Below are positions 1 to 9,954 of a stretch of 64,000 bases of DNA, one piece after another. A model generated the notes under the pieces. That model worked only from the letters and a program-made list of their open reading frames with translations. It did no database searches and was not told where the DNA came from. Both the position numbers and the translations under genes were made by a program. Origin of the DNA: an uncultured Acidobacteriota bacterium (GTDB lineage Bacteria > Acidobacteriota > Thermoanaerobaculia > UBA5066 > Gp7-AA6); NCBI GenBank assembly GCA_963708395.1, contig CAVPSG010000002.1:1804401-1868400 (forward strand), in the 5' to 3' direction. Each line of letters opens with the position of its first letter. Position 1 is the first letter of the stretch.

Positions 1-540
1 GAAGAGGCGGCGCGCGACGTCGCCGCGAAAGAGCTTGAATCCGCACTGCGTGTCGTGAATGCCCGGCACGGCGAAAAGCTGCACGAGCACGTTGCCCGCC
101 CGTCCGAGGGCGACGCGATAGAAGGGCTGACTCCGCCGCACGAGATCGCGCTGGATGGCGCGCGAGCCGATCGCGACGGGATGGGTCGGGAGCCGCTCGG
201 CGAGCTTGACCCACTCGGTGAGCGGCGTCGAGAGGTCGACGTCGGAGATCAGGATCGGATCGCCCGCCGCCGCCAGGACGCCCGTCCGGATCGCGGCGCC
301 TTTGCCCCGATTGCGCTCGTGGGCGAGGACGGACAGCGGCAGGTTCGCCTCGGCCGCGATGCGCGCCGCGGCCGCGCGCGTCCCGTCGGACGAGCCGTCG
401 TCCACGAGAAGGACCTCCCAGTCCCACCCGCCCGGCCGCGACCGGCGCCACTCGGCCACCGCGCGCAGGCACGCCTCGATTCGCCCTCGCTCGTTGTAGG
501 CCGGCAGAACGAGCGACGCCTTCTCCGCCGGCGCCGTCAC
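1..540 (-). CDS. Family 2 glycosyltransferase, polyprenyl-phosphate hexose synthase-like (Dpm1/ArnC-like); 3' end lies outside the window
   Basis: Minus-strand translation from GTG at 540 reads VTAPAEKASLVLPAYNERGRIEACL..WEVLLVDDGSSDGT..HERNRGKGAAIRTG..ISDVDLSTP, the GT2 signature layout. Absent from the ORF track because it runs off the window edge. Its start overlaps (GTGA) the stop of the upstream methyltransferase. Confidence 0.7.
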   Translation of the reverse strand, partial: MTAPAEKASLVLPAYNERGRIEACLRAVAEWRRSRPGGWDWEVLLVDDGSSDGTRAAAARIAAEANLPLSVLAHERNRGKGAAIRTGVLAAAGDPILISDVDLSTPLTEWVKLAERLPTHPVAIGSRAIQRDLVRRSQPFYRVALGRAGNVLVQLFAVPGIHDTQCGFKLFRGDVARRLF

Positions 541-1211
541 GCCTTCGTCGCCTCGTAGACGAACTGGTAGGCGAAGAGGGTCGGCCAGACGCGGGCGGTT
601 CCGGACGCAAGGGCGCGCACCGGAGCGCGCCAGGGGGCCCTCCCGAGCGCCGGCAGGGCGAGCTCGTAGGGCATTGCCGTCGGCCGGATCGCGTCGATTC
701 GGAAGCCGGCGGCCTCCAGGAGCTCGCGGCCGGTCGCGCGGGTGAAGAACCGCAGGTGCGTGCGGTCGAGGATCCCGCGATCGGCGTACGGGAAGCGGCC
801 GAGGAGAAGGGCGCCGCGCACGCTCGCGTTGGCCACGTTCGGCAGCGAGACGAAGAGCCGGCCGCCGGGGGCGAGCCAGCCGGCGATCCGGGAGAGCAGG
901 TCCTGGGGCCGGACGAGATGCTCGAGCACGTCGGCGCACACGACCACGTCGAAGGACTTCTCCCAGGTCCCGGCGGCGAGCGCGTCCGCGGTGCGCCAGT
1001 CGTCGTACACGGCGCGGGAGTCCGCGGGCGTCGCGGGATCGGGCTCCACGGCGGCGAGGAAGGCGCAGCGGTCGCGGAGCGCGCGCCCCAGGTGGCCTCC
1101 CGCCGCGCCGAGGTCGAGGAGGCGCAGGCCCGCGGGCAGCTCGCGGATCCGGCGCCTCAGCACGTCGTGCGAGGACGCCGGGATCTCCTTCCAGACGTAT
1201 CTTTCGGACAC
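537..1211 (-). CDS. Class I SAM-dependent methyltransferase (Methyltransf_11-like)
   Basis: Motif I LDLGAAGGHLGRAL, then DVVVCADVLEHLV and PGGRLFVSLPN. Probable GTG start at 1211 (VSERYVWKEIP); the 362-aa track ORF extends spuriously upstream into the antisense of nadE. Confidence 0.7.
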   Translation of the reverse strand: MSERYVWKEIPASSHDVLRRRIRELPAGLRLLDLGAAGGHLGRALRDRCAFLAAVEPDPATPADSRAVYDDWRTADALAAGTWEKSFDVVVCADVLEHLVRPQDLLSRIAGWLAPGGRLFVSLPNVANASVRGALLLGRFPYADRGILDRTHLRFFTRATGRELLEAAGFRIDAIRPTAMPYELALPALGRAPWRAPVRALASGTARVWPTLFAYQFVYEATKA

Positions 1212-1227
1212 CGCGTTTCCCCGCGCC

Positions 1228-2877
1228 TCAGCCGCCGAATTTCTGCGCGATCGGGTAGCGGCGCCCCTCGCCGAACGCCTTCCCGGTGATCTTGGGCCCC
1301 GGCGGCATCTGGCGCCGCTTGTACTCGTTGCGGTCGATGCGCCCGGAGATCTCGCGCGCGACGTCGGCGGGGACGCCGGCCCGCTTGGCCGCCGCGTCCG
1401 CGGGAAGCGAGCGATCCACGAGCGCCGAGATGAGCGGGTCGAGCACGTCGTAGAGCGGCAGCGAGTCCGAGTCCTTCTGATTCGGCGCCAGCTCGGCCGA
1501 CGGCGGCTTGGTGATCGAGGAGGCCGGGATGATCTCCGACGCGCGGTTGATGTCGGCCGCGACCGCGTACACGAGCGTCTTCGGAACGTCGGACAGGAGG
1601 GCGTACCCGCCGGCCATGTCGCCATAGAGCGTGCAGTAGCCGACCGCGACCTCCGACTTGTTGCCCGTCGAAAGCAGCAGGTGGCCCTCCGCGTTCGAGA
1701 GCGCCATGAGCAGCGCGCCGCGGATCCGCGCCTGCAGGTTTTCCTCCGTCTTCGTGCGCTCGATCGGGGCGAGCGCCGGCGCGAGCGTTGCGCGATAGGC
1801 GTCGAGCACGGGGCCGATCGGGATCTCGAGGAGCCGGATCTTCAGGCGCCGGGTGAGCTCGCGCGCGTCGGTCACGCTCCCGGGAGACGAATACGGGCCC
1901 GGCATCGCGACGCCGACGACCCGATCGGCCCCGAGCGCCTCGACGGCGATCGCCGCCGTGACCGCCGAGTCGACGCCGCCCGAAAGCCCCAGTACGGCGG
2001 TCCGAAAGCCGCACTTTCCGGCGTAGTCGGCGAGCGCCAGGACGAGCGCCTGGCGCACCCGGCGGGCGTCCGGCTCGCGTTCGGTCAGAGCGGCGCCCCC
2101 TCCGGGGAGGTCGACCGTCCAGAAGTCCTCGGCGAAGGAGCGCCCCCGGCCGACGAGGCGTCCCCGTGCGTCGAACGCGAGCGAGCCGCCGTCGAAGACG
2201 AGGCTGTCGTTTCCGCCCACGAGATTGCAGGAGACGAGCGGCGTGCGGCTCGACCGCGCGATCCGGGACATGAAGCGCTCGCGCAGGCGGGCCTTGCCGA
2301 GCTCCCAGGGCGACGCGGAGACGTTGACGTGCAGGTCGAGCTTCAGCGGGCGCAGGTCCGACACCGGGTCGGCCGCGTAGCGCCGCTGCTTCCAGAACGT
2401 CTTGTCGTTCCAGATGTCCTCGCAGATCGTCACGCCCACGCGCGCGCCCGCGACGCGGAGCACGAGGGGCTTCGTTCCCGGCTCGAAGTAGCGGCCCTCG
2501 TCGAAGACATCGTAAGTCGGCAGCAGGCGCTTGCGGTACGTCGCGACGACGCGGCCGCTCCGCGCGGCGACGGCGACGTTGAAGAGCGCGCGCCCGGCCT
2601 TCGCGGGATTGCGCACGACCGAGCCGTACAGCCAGAGCGCGGGACCGCTCTGACGCGCGATGCGCTTCGCGGCCGCCTCGGACGCCGCGACGAACGCGCG
2701 CCGCTCGAGCAGGTCTCGCGGCGGGTAGCCGCAGACGGCGAGCTCCGGAAACAGCACGACGTCGGCGTGCGCCGCCTCCGCCCGGCGGCCGGCCGAGAGG
2801 ATCTTCGCGGCGTTGCCGGCGAAGTCGCCGATCGTCGTGTCGATCTGGGCCACGCCGACGCGAAGGGAACGGGTCAT
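1228..2877 (-). CDS. nadE: Glutamine-dependent NAD+ synthetase
   Basis: N-terminal nitrilase/CN-hydrolase domain (VGVAQIDTTIGDFAGN..FPELAVCGYPPRD) plus C-terminal NAD synthetase domain (GLSGGVDSAVTAAIA..STGNKSE.AVGYCTLYGD), 549 aa. Confidence 0.9.
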   Translation of the reverse strand: MTRSLRVGVAQIDTTIGDFAGNAAKILSAGRRAEAAHADVVLFPELAVCGYPPRDLLERRAFVAASEAAAKRIARQSGPALWLYGSVVRNPAKAGRALFNVAVAARSGRVVATYRKRLLPTYDVFDEGRYFEPGTKPLVLRVAGARVGVTICEDIWNDKTFWKQRRYAADPVSDLRPLKLDLHVNVSASPWELGKARLRERFMSRIARSSRTPLVSCNLVGGNDSLVFDGGSLAFDARGRLVGRGRSFAEDFWTVDLPGGGAALTEREPDARRVRQALVLALADYAGKCGFRTAVLGLSGGVDSAVTAAIAVEALGADRVVGVAMPGPYSSPGSVTDARELTRRLKIRLLEIPIGPVLDAYRATLAPALAPIERTKTEENLQARIRGALLMALSNAEGHLLLSTGNKSEVAVGYCTLYGDMAGGYALLSDVPKTLVYAVAADINRASEIIPASSITKPPSAELAPNQKDSDSLPLYDVLDPLISALVDRSLPADAAAKRAGVPADVAREISGRIDRNEYKRRQMPPGPKITGKAFGEGRRYPIAQKFGG

Positions 2878-2961
2878 GGGGCCTCGAGTCTTCGGGGTCG
2901 CGCGGGCGGAGTCAAGAAGGGGCCCGGTCGAGCGGATCGACCGGCGGTCGTCATCGCGTTC

Positions 2962-3499
2962 TCAGGATTCGACTTCCCGGACGAGCGGCCGGCCGGACAG
3001 CCGGTCGGCGAGGGTCGGCCTCTCCGGATCGCGCCGGCCGAGCCAGAGCGGCAGCCCGAGCGAGACCGCCGCGAGCGCGGTGCCGGCCCAGCGCCGGGAC
3101 GCCTCCGACGGCGTGAGCACGCGTCCCGACGGGCCCTGGCGCGCGGCGAGCCCGGCGAGGCTCATGCCCACGGTGCGGCCGAAAAGCGTCAGCGGCAGGC
3201 CCACGAACACGAAGGAGAAGAGGAGTCCGAACGCCGCCGCCCAGACGAGTCCCGACAGCCTCGGTCCGCGCCCCGCCCAGGCCACGGCCGTCATCAGCGC
3301 GATCGTGACCGCGAGCGAGGCACCGGAAAGATCCGCGGCGAACGCGGCCGCGCGGAGCCCGAGCGTCGCGACGGGCTCGGGACCCGAGGACGCCTCCCGC
3401 TCCGGTTCGGCCGCCGCGCCCGTCTCGCCGGCGCGGAGCGCCTCTTCGTGGAGCGGAAACTCGGCGAGCGCGTCGGACGGGGGGCGGCCGGAAAGTTCG
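2962..3499 (-). CDS. RDD-family small membrane protein (start uncertain)
   Basis: C-terminal part of the track ORF 2962..3723 has two or three predicted TM helices (LAVTIALMTAVAWAG, LVWAAAFGLLFSFVFVGLPLTLFG) and an RDD-like layout. The upstream 220 bp of that ORF overlaps the TPR gene in another frame and is not credible. No canonical start was found near 3500. Confidence 0.4.
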
Positions 3500-3502
3500 A
3501 GC

Positions 3503-5749
3503 TCAAGGCCGGTGCGAGAGGTGCCGCACGTAGATGCGGCCGAGCAGATCGAGGTCGCCCTTCTGGTAGCGGTCCGCGAACTTGCGGTGCCTCTGGATCT
3601 CCGTGTCCTCGGGGTCCAGCGCCAGCGCCTCGTCGAAAGACTGTTTCGCTTTCGGATAGAGCCCGTTCTGGAGCTGTGTGATCCCCTGGTTCGTGTAGCA
3701 GCGCAGCAGGTACGACCGCGCATCCTGATTGCCCTTGTCGGACTGATAGATCCTCCAGAGCACCGGAATCGCCGTTTCGTACTCGCCCTCGTTGTAGAGC
3801 TTCACCGCGGGCGTGAGCTCCGCGACGTGCTCGGAGGCCTCCGCCATCGACTGCGCGAAGGCGGAGTCGCCCTGGAAGGACGAGGAGACCGCGCTGAAGT
3901 CCTTGAGCGCATCGATGTAGCGCTTCTCGCCGAGCGCCCGCTCGGCGCGGGTCCGGATCGGCGCGGGATCGGTCGCGTCGCTCGATGCCGGCGCTCCAGC
4001 CGCCGCACCGCCCGCCGGAGGCGGCGGCGTATCGCCGGTCGGGCGCGAGAGCGTCTCGAGCAGCTGCTTCGCCTTCGCGTAGTCGGGATCCGAGGGACGA
4101 ATTCGCTTCAACTCCGCCAGGGTCTCGGGGATCTTGCCTTCCTGGAAAAAAGCCGTCGCCTTCTCGAGCGATCCGCCGGGGCGCGCCCCGGCCACCTCCC
4201 GGACGGCCGCGGTCGGACCCGGCTTGGGTTGCCGCAGCACGAGCCACGCACCGACGCCCACGAGCACGACGAAGACGGCGCCGATCAACGCCACCCGCGG
4301 CGGGACCCGGATCGCGAGGCCACCGCGCTTCTTCGGGGCCGGCGCGGCTTCCTGGGGTTCCTCGACGGGCAGGCCCATCTCCTCTTCGGCCGGCGGCTCG
4401 CCCTCCGCCGGCGGCTCGGCCGGAACCTCGGCGAGCTCTCTCTCGATGCGGTCGAGGGCCTCGCGCGCCGTCGCGTTTCCACTGTCGATCGAGAGCGCCT
4501 CGAGATACGACGCCCGCGCGCCCGAGAGGTCGCCCGCGTCGAACGCCGTCTGGCCTTTCTTGAGGATGTGTCCGAGGCGCTGATCGCCCTCGGCCATGAC
4601 CTGGCGCGTCTTCTCGATGCGCGTGACCGCTTCGACGCTGTTGATGTCGATCAGGAAGATGCGCGACCAGATCTCGATGGCGCCTTCGTGATCCCCGCGC
4701 GCCGCGGCTTCGTCGCCCTGGCGCAGGAGATTCGCGACCTCGCGCTCGGAGCGTCCGGCGTCTTCCGCGGGAGCGGCCCGGCGTGCGGCGGCGGGCGGGA
4801 GCGGCGCCGCGGCCGGCGCCGGCTCGGGAGACTCGCTCCAGAGATCGCCCGGGGAACCCGGAGAGCCCGCGGGACGGTCGAGCGGTCCGCGACGCGTCGG
4901 CGGGAGGTCCGGCGGGGGAGTCACCGCGGTCGGCGCGTCGAGGGAGAGTCCGTCGAGAGACAGGGAGTCGAGGCCGCCGGCTGCCGGCGCCGGAGATTCG
5001 CCGCGGTCGAAGGAGATGTGCGGCTCGTCCGAGGGGCCGAATCCCGATCCGCCTGGCTCGCCGAGATCCATCATGCCGCCGAGCTCCGGTTCCGCGGCTG
5101 CGGCGGGGCGCGAGCCCGCCTCGGAGATGCGGCGCTCGAGCAGGGAGACCGCGGGATGCTCCGGATCGAGCGCGCGCATGCGCTCGAGCTCGCGGGACGC
5201 GTCCGGATATCGCCGCGCTTCGAGGAGACCCAGCGCACGGCCGCGCGCGCCCTCGAAGTCGGCCGCGGCGTCCTTGCGCTTTCGCGATTTCTCGATGAGC
5301 TCCGTCGCGTGAACGTTGCCGGGCAGAGCCGTCAGGACCTGCTCGGCGGCGTTGATGCACGCGTCGAAATCACGCGCGTTGTAGCTCTCGACGGCGCGCA
5401 CGAGCATCTTCTCCGCGTCGGCGGCGGTGGGCCGCCCCCGCGCCGGAGCTCCGGCCACGATGGCCTCGAGCTCGATCAGGTCGACGTCTGCGGCGGGATT
5501 CTTGGCCTTCTCGAGCAGTCGCCGCGCGGGCGAGAACCGCGGGTCCATCTTGAGGATGAAGTCGCAGCCGATGAGACAGTCGTCCGTTTTGCCTTCCTGG
5601 AACAGGGAAAGCGTGTGCTTGAAAGTGGTCAGAATCTTGTCGCGCACTTCCCGCGGCAGCGACGGATTGCCCGGATAGAGGCCGGGATTGGTGGAGTTGC
5701 CGCTCACCGGGACGCTCCGCGGACCGGCGTCCGGTTCGGCCGAGACCAT
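3503..5749 (-). CDS. TPR-repeat protein with a central transmembrane helix and Pro/Ala-rich linker
   Basis: ATG at 5749 (MVSAEPDAG..) preceded by a stop-free antisense run. N-terminal TPR-like helices, low-complexity PAPAAAP segment, one TM (ALIGAVFVVLVGVGAWLVL), C-terminal TPRs. The first ~183 codons of the 931-aa track ORF are antisense to ftcD. Confidence 0.55.
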   Translation of the reverse strand: MVSAEPDAGPRSVPVSGNSTNPGLYPGNPSLPREVRDKILTTFKHTLSLFQEGKTDDCLIGCDFILKMDPRFSPARRLLEKAKNPAADVDLIELEAIVAGAPARGRPTAADAEKMLVRAVESYNARDFDACINAAEQVLTALPGNVHATELIEKSRKRKDAAADFEGARGRALGLLEARRYPDASRELERMRALDPEHPAVSLLERRISEAGSRPAAAAEPELGGMMDLGEPGGSGFGPSDEPHISFDRGESPAPAAGGLDSLSLDGLSLDAPTAVTPPPDLPPTRRGPLDRPAGSPGSPGDLWSESPEPAPAAAPLPPAAARRAAPAEDAGRSEREVANLLRQGDEAAARGDHEGAIEIWSRIFLIDINSVEAVTRIEKTRQVMAEGDQRLGHILKKGQTAFDAGDLSGARASYLEALSIDSGNATAREALDRIERELAEVPAEPPAEGEPPAEEEMGLPVEEPQEAAPAPKKRGGLAIRVPPRVALIGAVFVVLVGVGAWLVLRQPKPGPTAAVREVAGARPGGSLEKATAFFQEGKIPETLAELKRIRPSDPDYAKAKQLLETLSRPTGDTPPPPAGGAAAGAPASSDATDPAPIRTRAERALGEKRYIDALKDFSAVSSSFQGDSAFAQSMAEASEHVAELTPAVKLYNEGEYETAIPVLWRIYQSDKGNQDARSYLLRCYTNQGITQLQNGLYPKAKQSFDEALALDPEDTEIQRHRKFADRYQKGDLDLLGRIYVRHLSHRP

Positions 5750-5789
5750 TGGCAATTCACGGTTGTGCCGATTATAAACTCTCGGCGGC

Positions 5790-6696
5790 ATGCGGACCGT
5801 GATCGAAAGCGTCCCGAACATTTCCGAGGGGCGCGACCGCGTCCGCGTGGAGGAAATCGCCGCCGCCGTGCGCGCCGTTCCGGGGACGCGGCTCCTCGGC
5901 GTATCCTCCGACTCTTCGCACAACCGGAGTGTCCTGACGCTCGTGGGCGACGCGGCCGGCGTCGCGGCGGCGATTCGGGCCCTCTTCGAGGCGGCGCTTC
6001 CGCGCATCGATCTGACGAAGCACTCGGGCGAGCATCCGCGCATGGGCGCCGTGGACGTCGTCCCGTTCATCCCGATCCGCGGCGCGACGGTCGAGCAGTG
6101 CGTCGCGCTCTCGCGCCGAGGTCGGCGCCGAGATCGCCGAGCGGTTCGGCGTGCCGGTGTATCTCTACGAGGACTCGGCGTCCTCGGACCGCCGGCGCAA
6201 CCTGGCCGACATCCGCAAGGGCGAGTTCGAGGGCTTCGCCGAGAAGATGAAGGACGCCGGATGGAAGCCCGACTTCGGGCCCGACCGCCCGCACGCAACG
6301 GCCGGCGTCGTCGCCGTGGGCGCGCGCGCGCCGCTGATCGCCTACAACATCAACCTCGGAACGCGCGATCTCGCCGTGGCCGACCGCATTGCGAAGGCGA
6401 TCCGCCACGTCGGGGGCGGCTTCCGCTACGTGAAGGCGATGGGCGTCGAGCTCGCCGACCGTGGCCAGGTGCAGGTCTCGATCAACATGACGAACTACCG
6501 GAAGACGCCGCTCCACCGCGTCTTCGAGTGCGTCCGCTCCGAGGCCGAGCGCCACGGAGTGCCCGTCGTGGGCTCCGAGATCGTGGGCCTGACCCCGGCC
6601 GACGCGCTCTTTGCCGCCGCGGAGCACTACCTTCGAATCGAGAACTTCTCCGGCGATCAGGTGCTCGAGACGAAACTGCTCGAGGCGGAAGAGTAA
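5790..6696 (+). CDS. ftcD: Glutamate formimidoyltransferase (FTCD N-terminal domain family); frameshifted near 6113-6118 in this assembly
   Basis: MRTVIESVPNISEGRD..VLTLVGD.. matches the formiminotransferase N-terminus. It continues in the +1 frame as PVYLYEDSA..IRKGEFEGF..KPDFGP..LIAYNINL..QVSINMTNYRKTP..VGSEIVGL. One extra C in tcgcgcCgaggtc breaks the frame. Confidence 0.7.
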
Positions 6697-6705
6697 GAGA
6701 GAGAG

Positions 6706-7239
6706 TCATTCCGGCCCGGAGTGCCGGCTCCGCTCGGGTCCGAGAGTCTGGTCCGCTTGCGCGCTCCGCAGCATCGTGATTCTCGTGACGGGATGGAGCT
6801 CCATGTGCCGGTGACGCTTGTCCTGGACGTAGATGCCATCCGCTTCGATGTGATCGCCGACACGCGGCACCGGAATCTTGCTGCCGCACTTCCAGCAACG
6901 AAACACGAAGAATCGAAAAACGGGGTGCCGACAGACGATCTCGAGCTCCAACATGTCCTGGCCCAACCCTTCATAGTTCCTCTGATTCGCGAGGTGCGCG
7001 TACTCCGGGTCGAGTCTCAGGTACACGATCGCGTCTCCGTCGAGGACGTAGCGCGCGTCGGTGACGATGCCGCGCAGGGTGATGCAAGGCTCCTGAATGA
7101 CGAGCCGCTGCGGCGAATAGACGCATTGCCACCAGTTGCCTTCGCACTCTCCCGGCACGGTTTGGGCGCGGGATGCAACGCACTCGGCGGAGCAAACCGA
7201 GACGACCACCAGGATGAGTCGAGTCAGCCGCCGAGGCAC
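6706..7239 (-). CDS. Secreted Cys-rich hypothetical protein
   Basis: Signal peptide MPRRLTRLILVVVSVCSAECVASRA, then a 150-aa domain with at least 8 Cys. No family recognised. Confidence 0.45.
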   Translation of the reverse strand: MPRRLTRLILVVVSVCSAECVASRAQTVPGECEGNWWQCVYSPQRLVIQEPCITLRGIVTDARYVLDGDAIVYLRLDPEYAHLANQRNYEGLGQDMLELEIVCRHPVFRFFVFRCWKCGSKIPVPRVGDHIEADGIYVQDKRHRHMELHPVTRITMLRSAQADQTLGPERSRHSGPE

Positions 7240-7267
7240 ACGGGTTCCCTCGAGCCCGAGGTGAGGG

Positions 7268-8545
7268 TCAACGAGCCAAGTCCCGTCCGCCCCGGGCCGT
7301 CGCTGCCGAGGCCATGAAGACGACGACGATCGGGTCGACCGGATGGCGGTAGCGGACTTCCGAGTGCGTCAGGTAGTAGGCGATCGGGAGGAAGACCAGG
7401 GGGATCACCAGAGGAACGACGCCGTCCCGGCGGTCCCGGACCGCCCGATAGAGGCCCGCAAAGGCGAGCGCCGAGACGAGACTGTAGGCGAAAGCGTTCG
7501 GAAGTCCCTCCTCGTCCAGGGTCCAGCGCGGAGGGAAATCCCACAGGTTGGTCCAGGTGTACAGAACGCGCCGGAGAGTGAGGACCGCGAAGCGAGAGGG
7601 CCGGCGCGAGATCACCTCCCAGGCTTCGCGCTGCTTTTCCGCCATGTACGCCGGCTCGCCGAGCGTCTTCACCTTCTCCATCTCCGCGGGGTTGTTTCCG
7701 GGGATCACCTGAAAATTGGAGGCATGACGCGTGTCGTCGCTGTTGCCGACGAGGAACTCCTGGCCGATGCTGCCGCGGAAAGCGACGAAGCGTCCGTAGA
7801 CCCGGCTGCAGCGCCAGACCCAGGGTCCGGTCGCACAGAGGAACACCAGAGACGCGGCGGCCGCGACGGCCGTGCAATTCTCTCCGCGCCGCCAATGCCG
7901 CAGCCAGACCCACGCGCCGAGGAAGGGCAACGTGGAGAGAACGGCCGGGTTCGTGAGCACCGCCACTCCCCACAACGCGCCGTACCCGAGCCACGCGCTC
8001 GAGCTCGTCGACCGTTCCAGGCGCAGGGTCGCCAGGACCGTGAGGCTGAACAACAGCGTCGTCAGGGTCGTTTCCCAGACGGTCGCGTTCGCCAGGGCGA
8101 TCGCCCAGGGGAAGAAAGCCCAGATCCACCCGGCCCAAACCGCGGTGCGGAGCCCGAAGACCCGGCGGGCGATGAAGAAAACCGGCAGACACGTCATGGC
8201 CGAAAAGAGGTTGTTCAAGGTCAGCATGACCAGGGCCGACGAAGCCGTGTAGGTTCCGAACAGCCGGAAGACGCCGGCGACCAGGTACGTGTACACGGGA
8301 GGCACGAGGGCCGTGGGTCCCGTCGGCTCGGGAAAGGGCGAGCTGAATCCGTAGCCGGAAGCGATCGACCGCGCGACCCTCGCCGTCTCCCAGCCGAACG
8401 TCCAATGATCCCGCGCGGGATCCAGTCGATTCGTATAGGTGAAGCTCATGACCACCAGGCGAAGCAGGAAGGCCACTGTGGCCATCGTCCACGGGGAGCG
8501 AAGCCACGGCCCACTCACTCGCAGACGCGCCGCGGCACCCGTCAC
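7268..8545 (-). CDS. GT-C fold polytopic membrane glycosyltransferase (ArnT/PMT-like), paralogue 1
   Basis: 425 aa, about 10-12 predicted TM helices, periplasmic loop motif RLDPARDHWTFGWETARVARSIASGYGF, large C-terminal soluble region. Architecture resembles lipid-carrier-dependent GT-C transferases; exact family not assigned. Confidence 0.5.
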   Translation of the reverse strand: MTGAAARLRVSGPWLRSPWTMATVAFLLRLVVMSFTYTNRLDPARDHWTFGWETARVARSIASGYGFSSPFPEPTGPTALVPPVYTYLVAGVFRLFGTYTASSALVMLTLNNLFSAMTCLPVFFIARRVFGLRTAVWAGWIWAFFPWAIALANATVWETTLTTLLFSLTVLATLRLERSTSSSAWLGYGALWGVAVLTNPAVLSTLPFLGAWVWLRHWRRGENCTAVAAAASLVFLCATGPWVWRCSRVYGRFVAFRGSIGQEFLVGNSDDTRHASNFQVIPGNNPAEMEKVKTLGEPAYMAEKQREAWEVISRRPSRFAVLTLRRVLYTWTNLWDFPPRWTLDEEGLPNAFAYSLVSALAFAGLYRAVRDRRDGVVPLVIPLVFLPIAYYLTHSEVRYRHPVDPIVVVFMASAATARGGRDLAR

Positions 8546-8554
8546 GCGCGGATC

Positions 8555-9839
8555 TTAGACCGATACCGGCGCGGGGTCGGGACGCGAAGAAGTCACAGCG
8601 TATGCCGCGAAGACGACGACGACGGGGTCGATCGGATGCCGATAACGAGAGTCCGAATGGGTCAAGTAGTAGGCGATGGGAAATAAGACCAACGGGATCA
8701 CGAGAGCCGTCACGCCGTCCCGACGGCGTCGGATCGCCCGATAGAGTCCGATAAGCGCCAGCAGCGACACGAAACTGTAGGTGAGAAGGTTCGGCAGGCC
8801 CGTACCGTCCAGCTTCCAGCGAAGAGGGAAATTCCAGAATCCCGTCCAGGTGTACAGAACGCGCCGGAGAGTCAGGACGGCGAAGCGAAAGGGCCGGCGC
8901 GAGATCACGTCCCGGGCGTCGCGCTGCCTTTCTGCCATGTACGCCGGCTCGCCGAGCCTCTTCACCTTCTCCATCTCCACGGGGTCGTCTCCGGGAAGCA
9001 CCGTGAAGTTGGACGGAACGCGCGGGTCCGTATTCCCGACCAGGATCTCCAGACCGACACCGCCGCGGAAGGCGACGAAGCGTCCGTAGATCTGGCTGCA
9101 GCGCCAGACCCAGGGTCCCGTCGCACAGAGGAAGACCAGAGACGCGGCGGCCGCGACGGCCGTGCAATTCTCTCCGCGTCGCCAATGCCGCAGCCAGACC
9201 CACGCGCCGAGAAAAGGCAACGTGGAAAGGACGGCCGGGTCCGTGAGCGCGGCCACTCCCCACAACGCGCCGTAGCCGAGCCAGGCGCCCCAGCTCGTCG
9301 ATCGTTCCAGGCGCAGCGTCGCCAGGACCGCGAGGCTGAGCAACAGCGTCGTCAGCGTCGTATCCCAGACGGTGGTATTCGCCAGCGCAATCGCCCAGGG
9401 GAACAAAGCCCAGATCCACCCCGCCCAGGCCGCGGTGCGGAGCCCGAAGACCCGGCGCGCGATGAAGAAAACCGGCAGACACGTCATCGCCGAAAACAAG
9501 TCGTTGAAGGTCAGCATGACCAGGGCCGACGAAGTCGTATAGGTTCCGAACAACCGGAAGACGCCGGCGACGAGGTACGTGTAAACGGGAGGCACGAGGG
9601 CCGTGGGCCCCGTCGGCTCGGGGTAGGGCGAGCTGAATCCGTAGCCGGAAGCGATCGACCGCGCGACCCTCGCCGTCTCCCAGCCGAACGTCCAGTGATC
9701 CCGCGCGGGATCCAATCGATCCTTGTAAGTGAAGCTCATGACCACCAGGCGAAGCAGGAAGGCCGCTGCGGCCATCGTCCACGGAGAACCGAGCCATCGC
9801 CTGGCCTCGACTCGCGGGGGCGTCGTCGGGCGCGTCATG
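8555..9839 (-). CDS. GT-C fold polytopic membrane glycosyltransferase (ArnT/PMT-like), paralogue 2
   Basis: About 80% identical to paralogue 1 over nearly its whole length (same motifs; compare MATVAFLLRLVVMSFTYTNRLDPARDHW with MAAAAFLLRLVVMSFTYKDRLDPARDHW). Probable ATG near 9839; the track ORF extends to 9931. Confidence 0.5.
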
Positions 9840-9954
9840 GCTCCCAGGCGTGCAAGCGGCGGTCTGCGAGAAGCATCTAAACAGATCCTAAACTTTCGAC
9901 GAGCGCGATCGAGTTCCACCCGCTCGCACAACTTTCCGCTATGTTAGGGCTGCG

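Larger units (their letters stand above)
7268..9839. repeat. Tandem gene duplication (~1.3 kb repeat unit) of the GT-C glycosyltransferase
   Basis: Two adjacent near-identical ORFs. The antisense shadow ORFs 7343..8686 and 9185..9880 are also near-identical, confirming DNA-level duplication. Confidence 0.7.

Noticed and set aside
742-3681. 979-aa + strand ORF (Arg/Gly/Asp-rich) spanning the methyltransferase, nadE and RDD region
   Set aside because: Antisense shadow of well-supported minus-strand genes in high-GC DNA. Composition is dominated by R/G/A/D with no recognisable motifs. The same reasoning applies to 2813..6250 (+), 3294..5360 (-), 10748..12904 (-), 32043..35288 (-), 32591..36025 (+), 45345..47600 (-), 47917..49845 (+), 21825..25202's far end, 26372..28630 (-) and similar ORFs.
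2962-3723. Full 253-aa extent of the RDD-protein ORF
   Set aside because: The upstream 220 bp overlap the C-terminus of the TPR gene in another frame and encode Arg/Thr-rich low-complexity sequence. Only the TM-containing C-terminal ~180 aa are kept, with the start flagged as uncertain.
7343-9880. Two + strand ORFs (447 aa and 231 aa) with near-identical sequences
   Set aside because: Antisense reflections of the tandem-duplicated GT-C genes. They are useful only as DNA-level evidence of the duplication.
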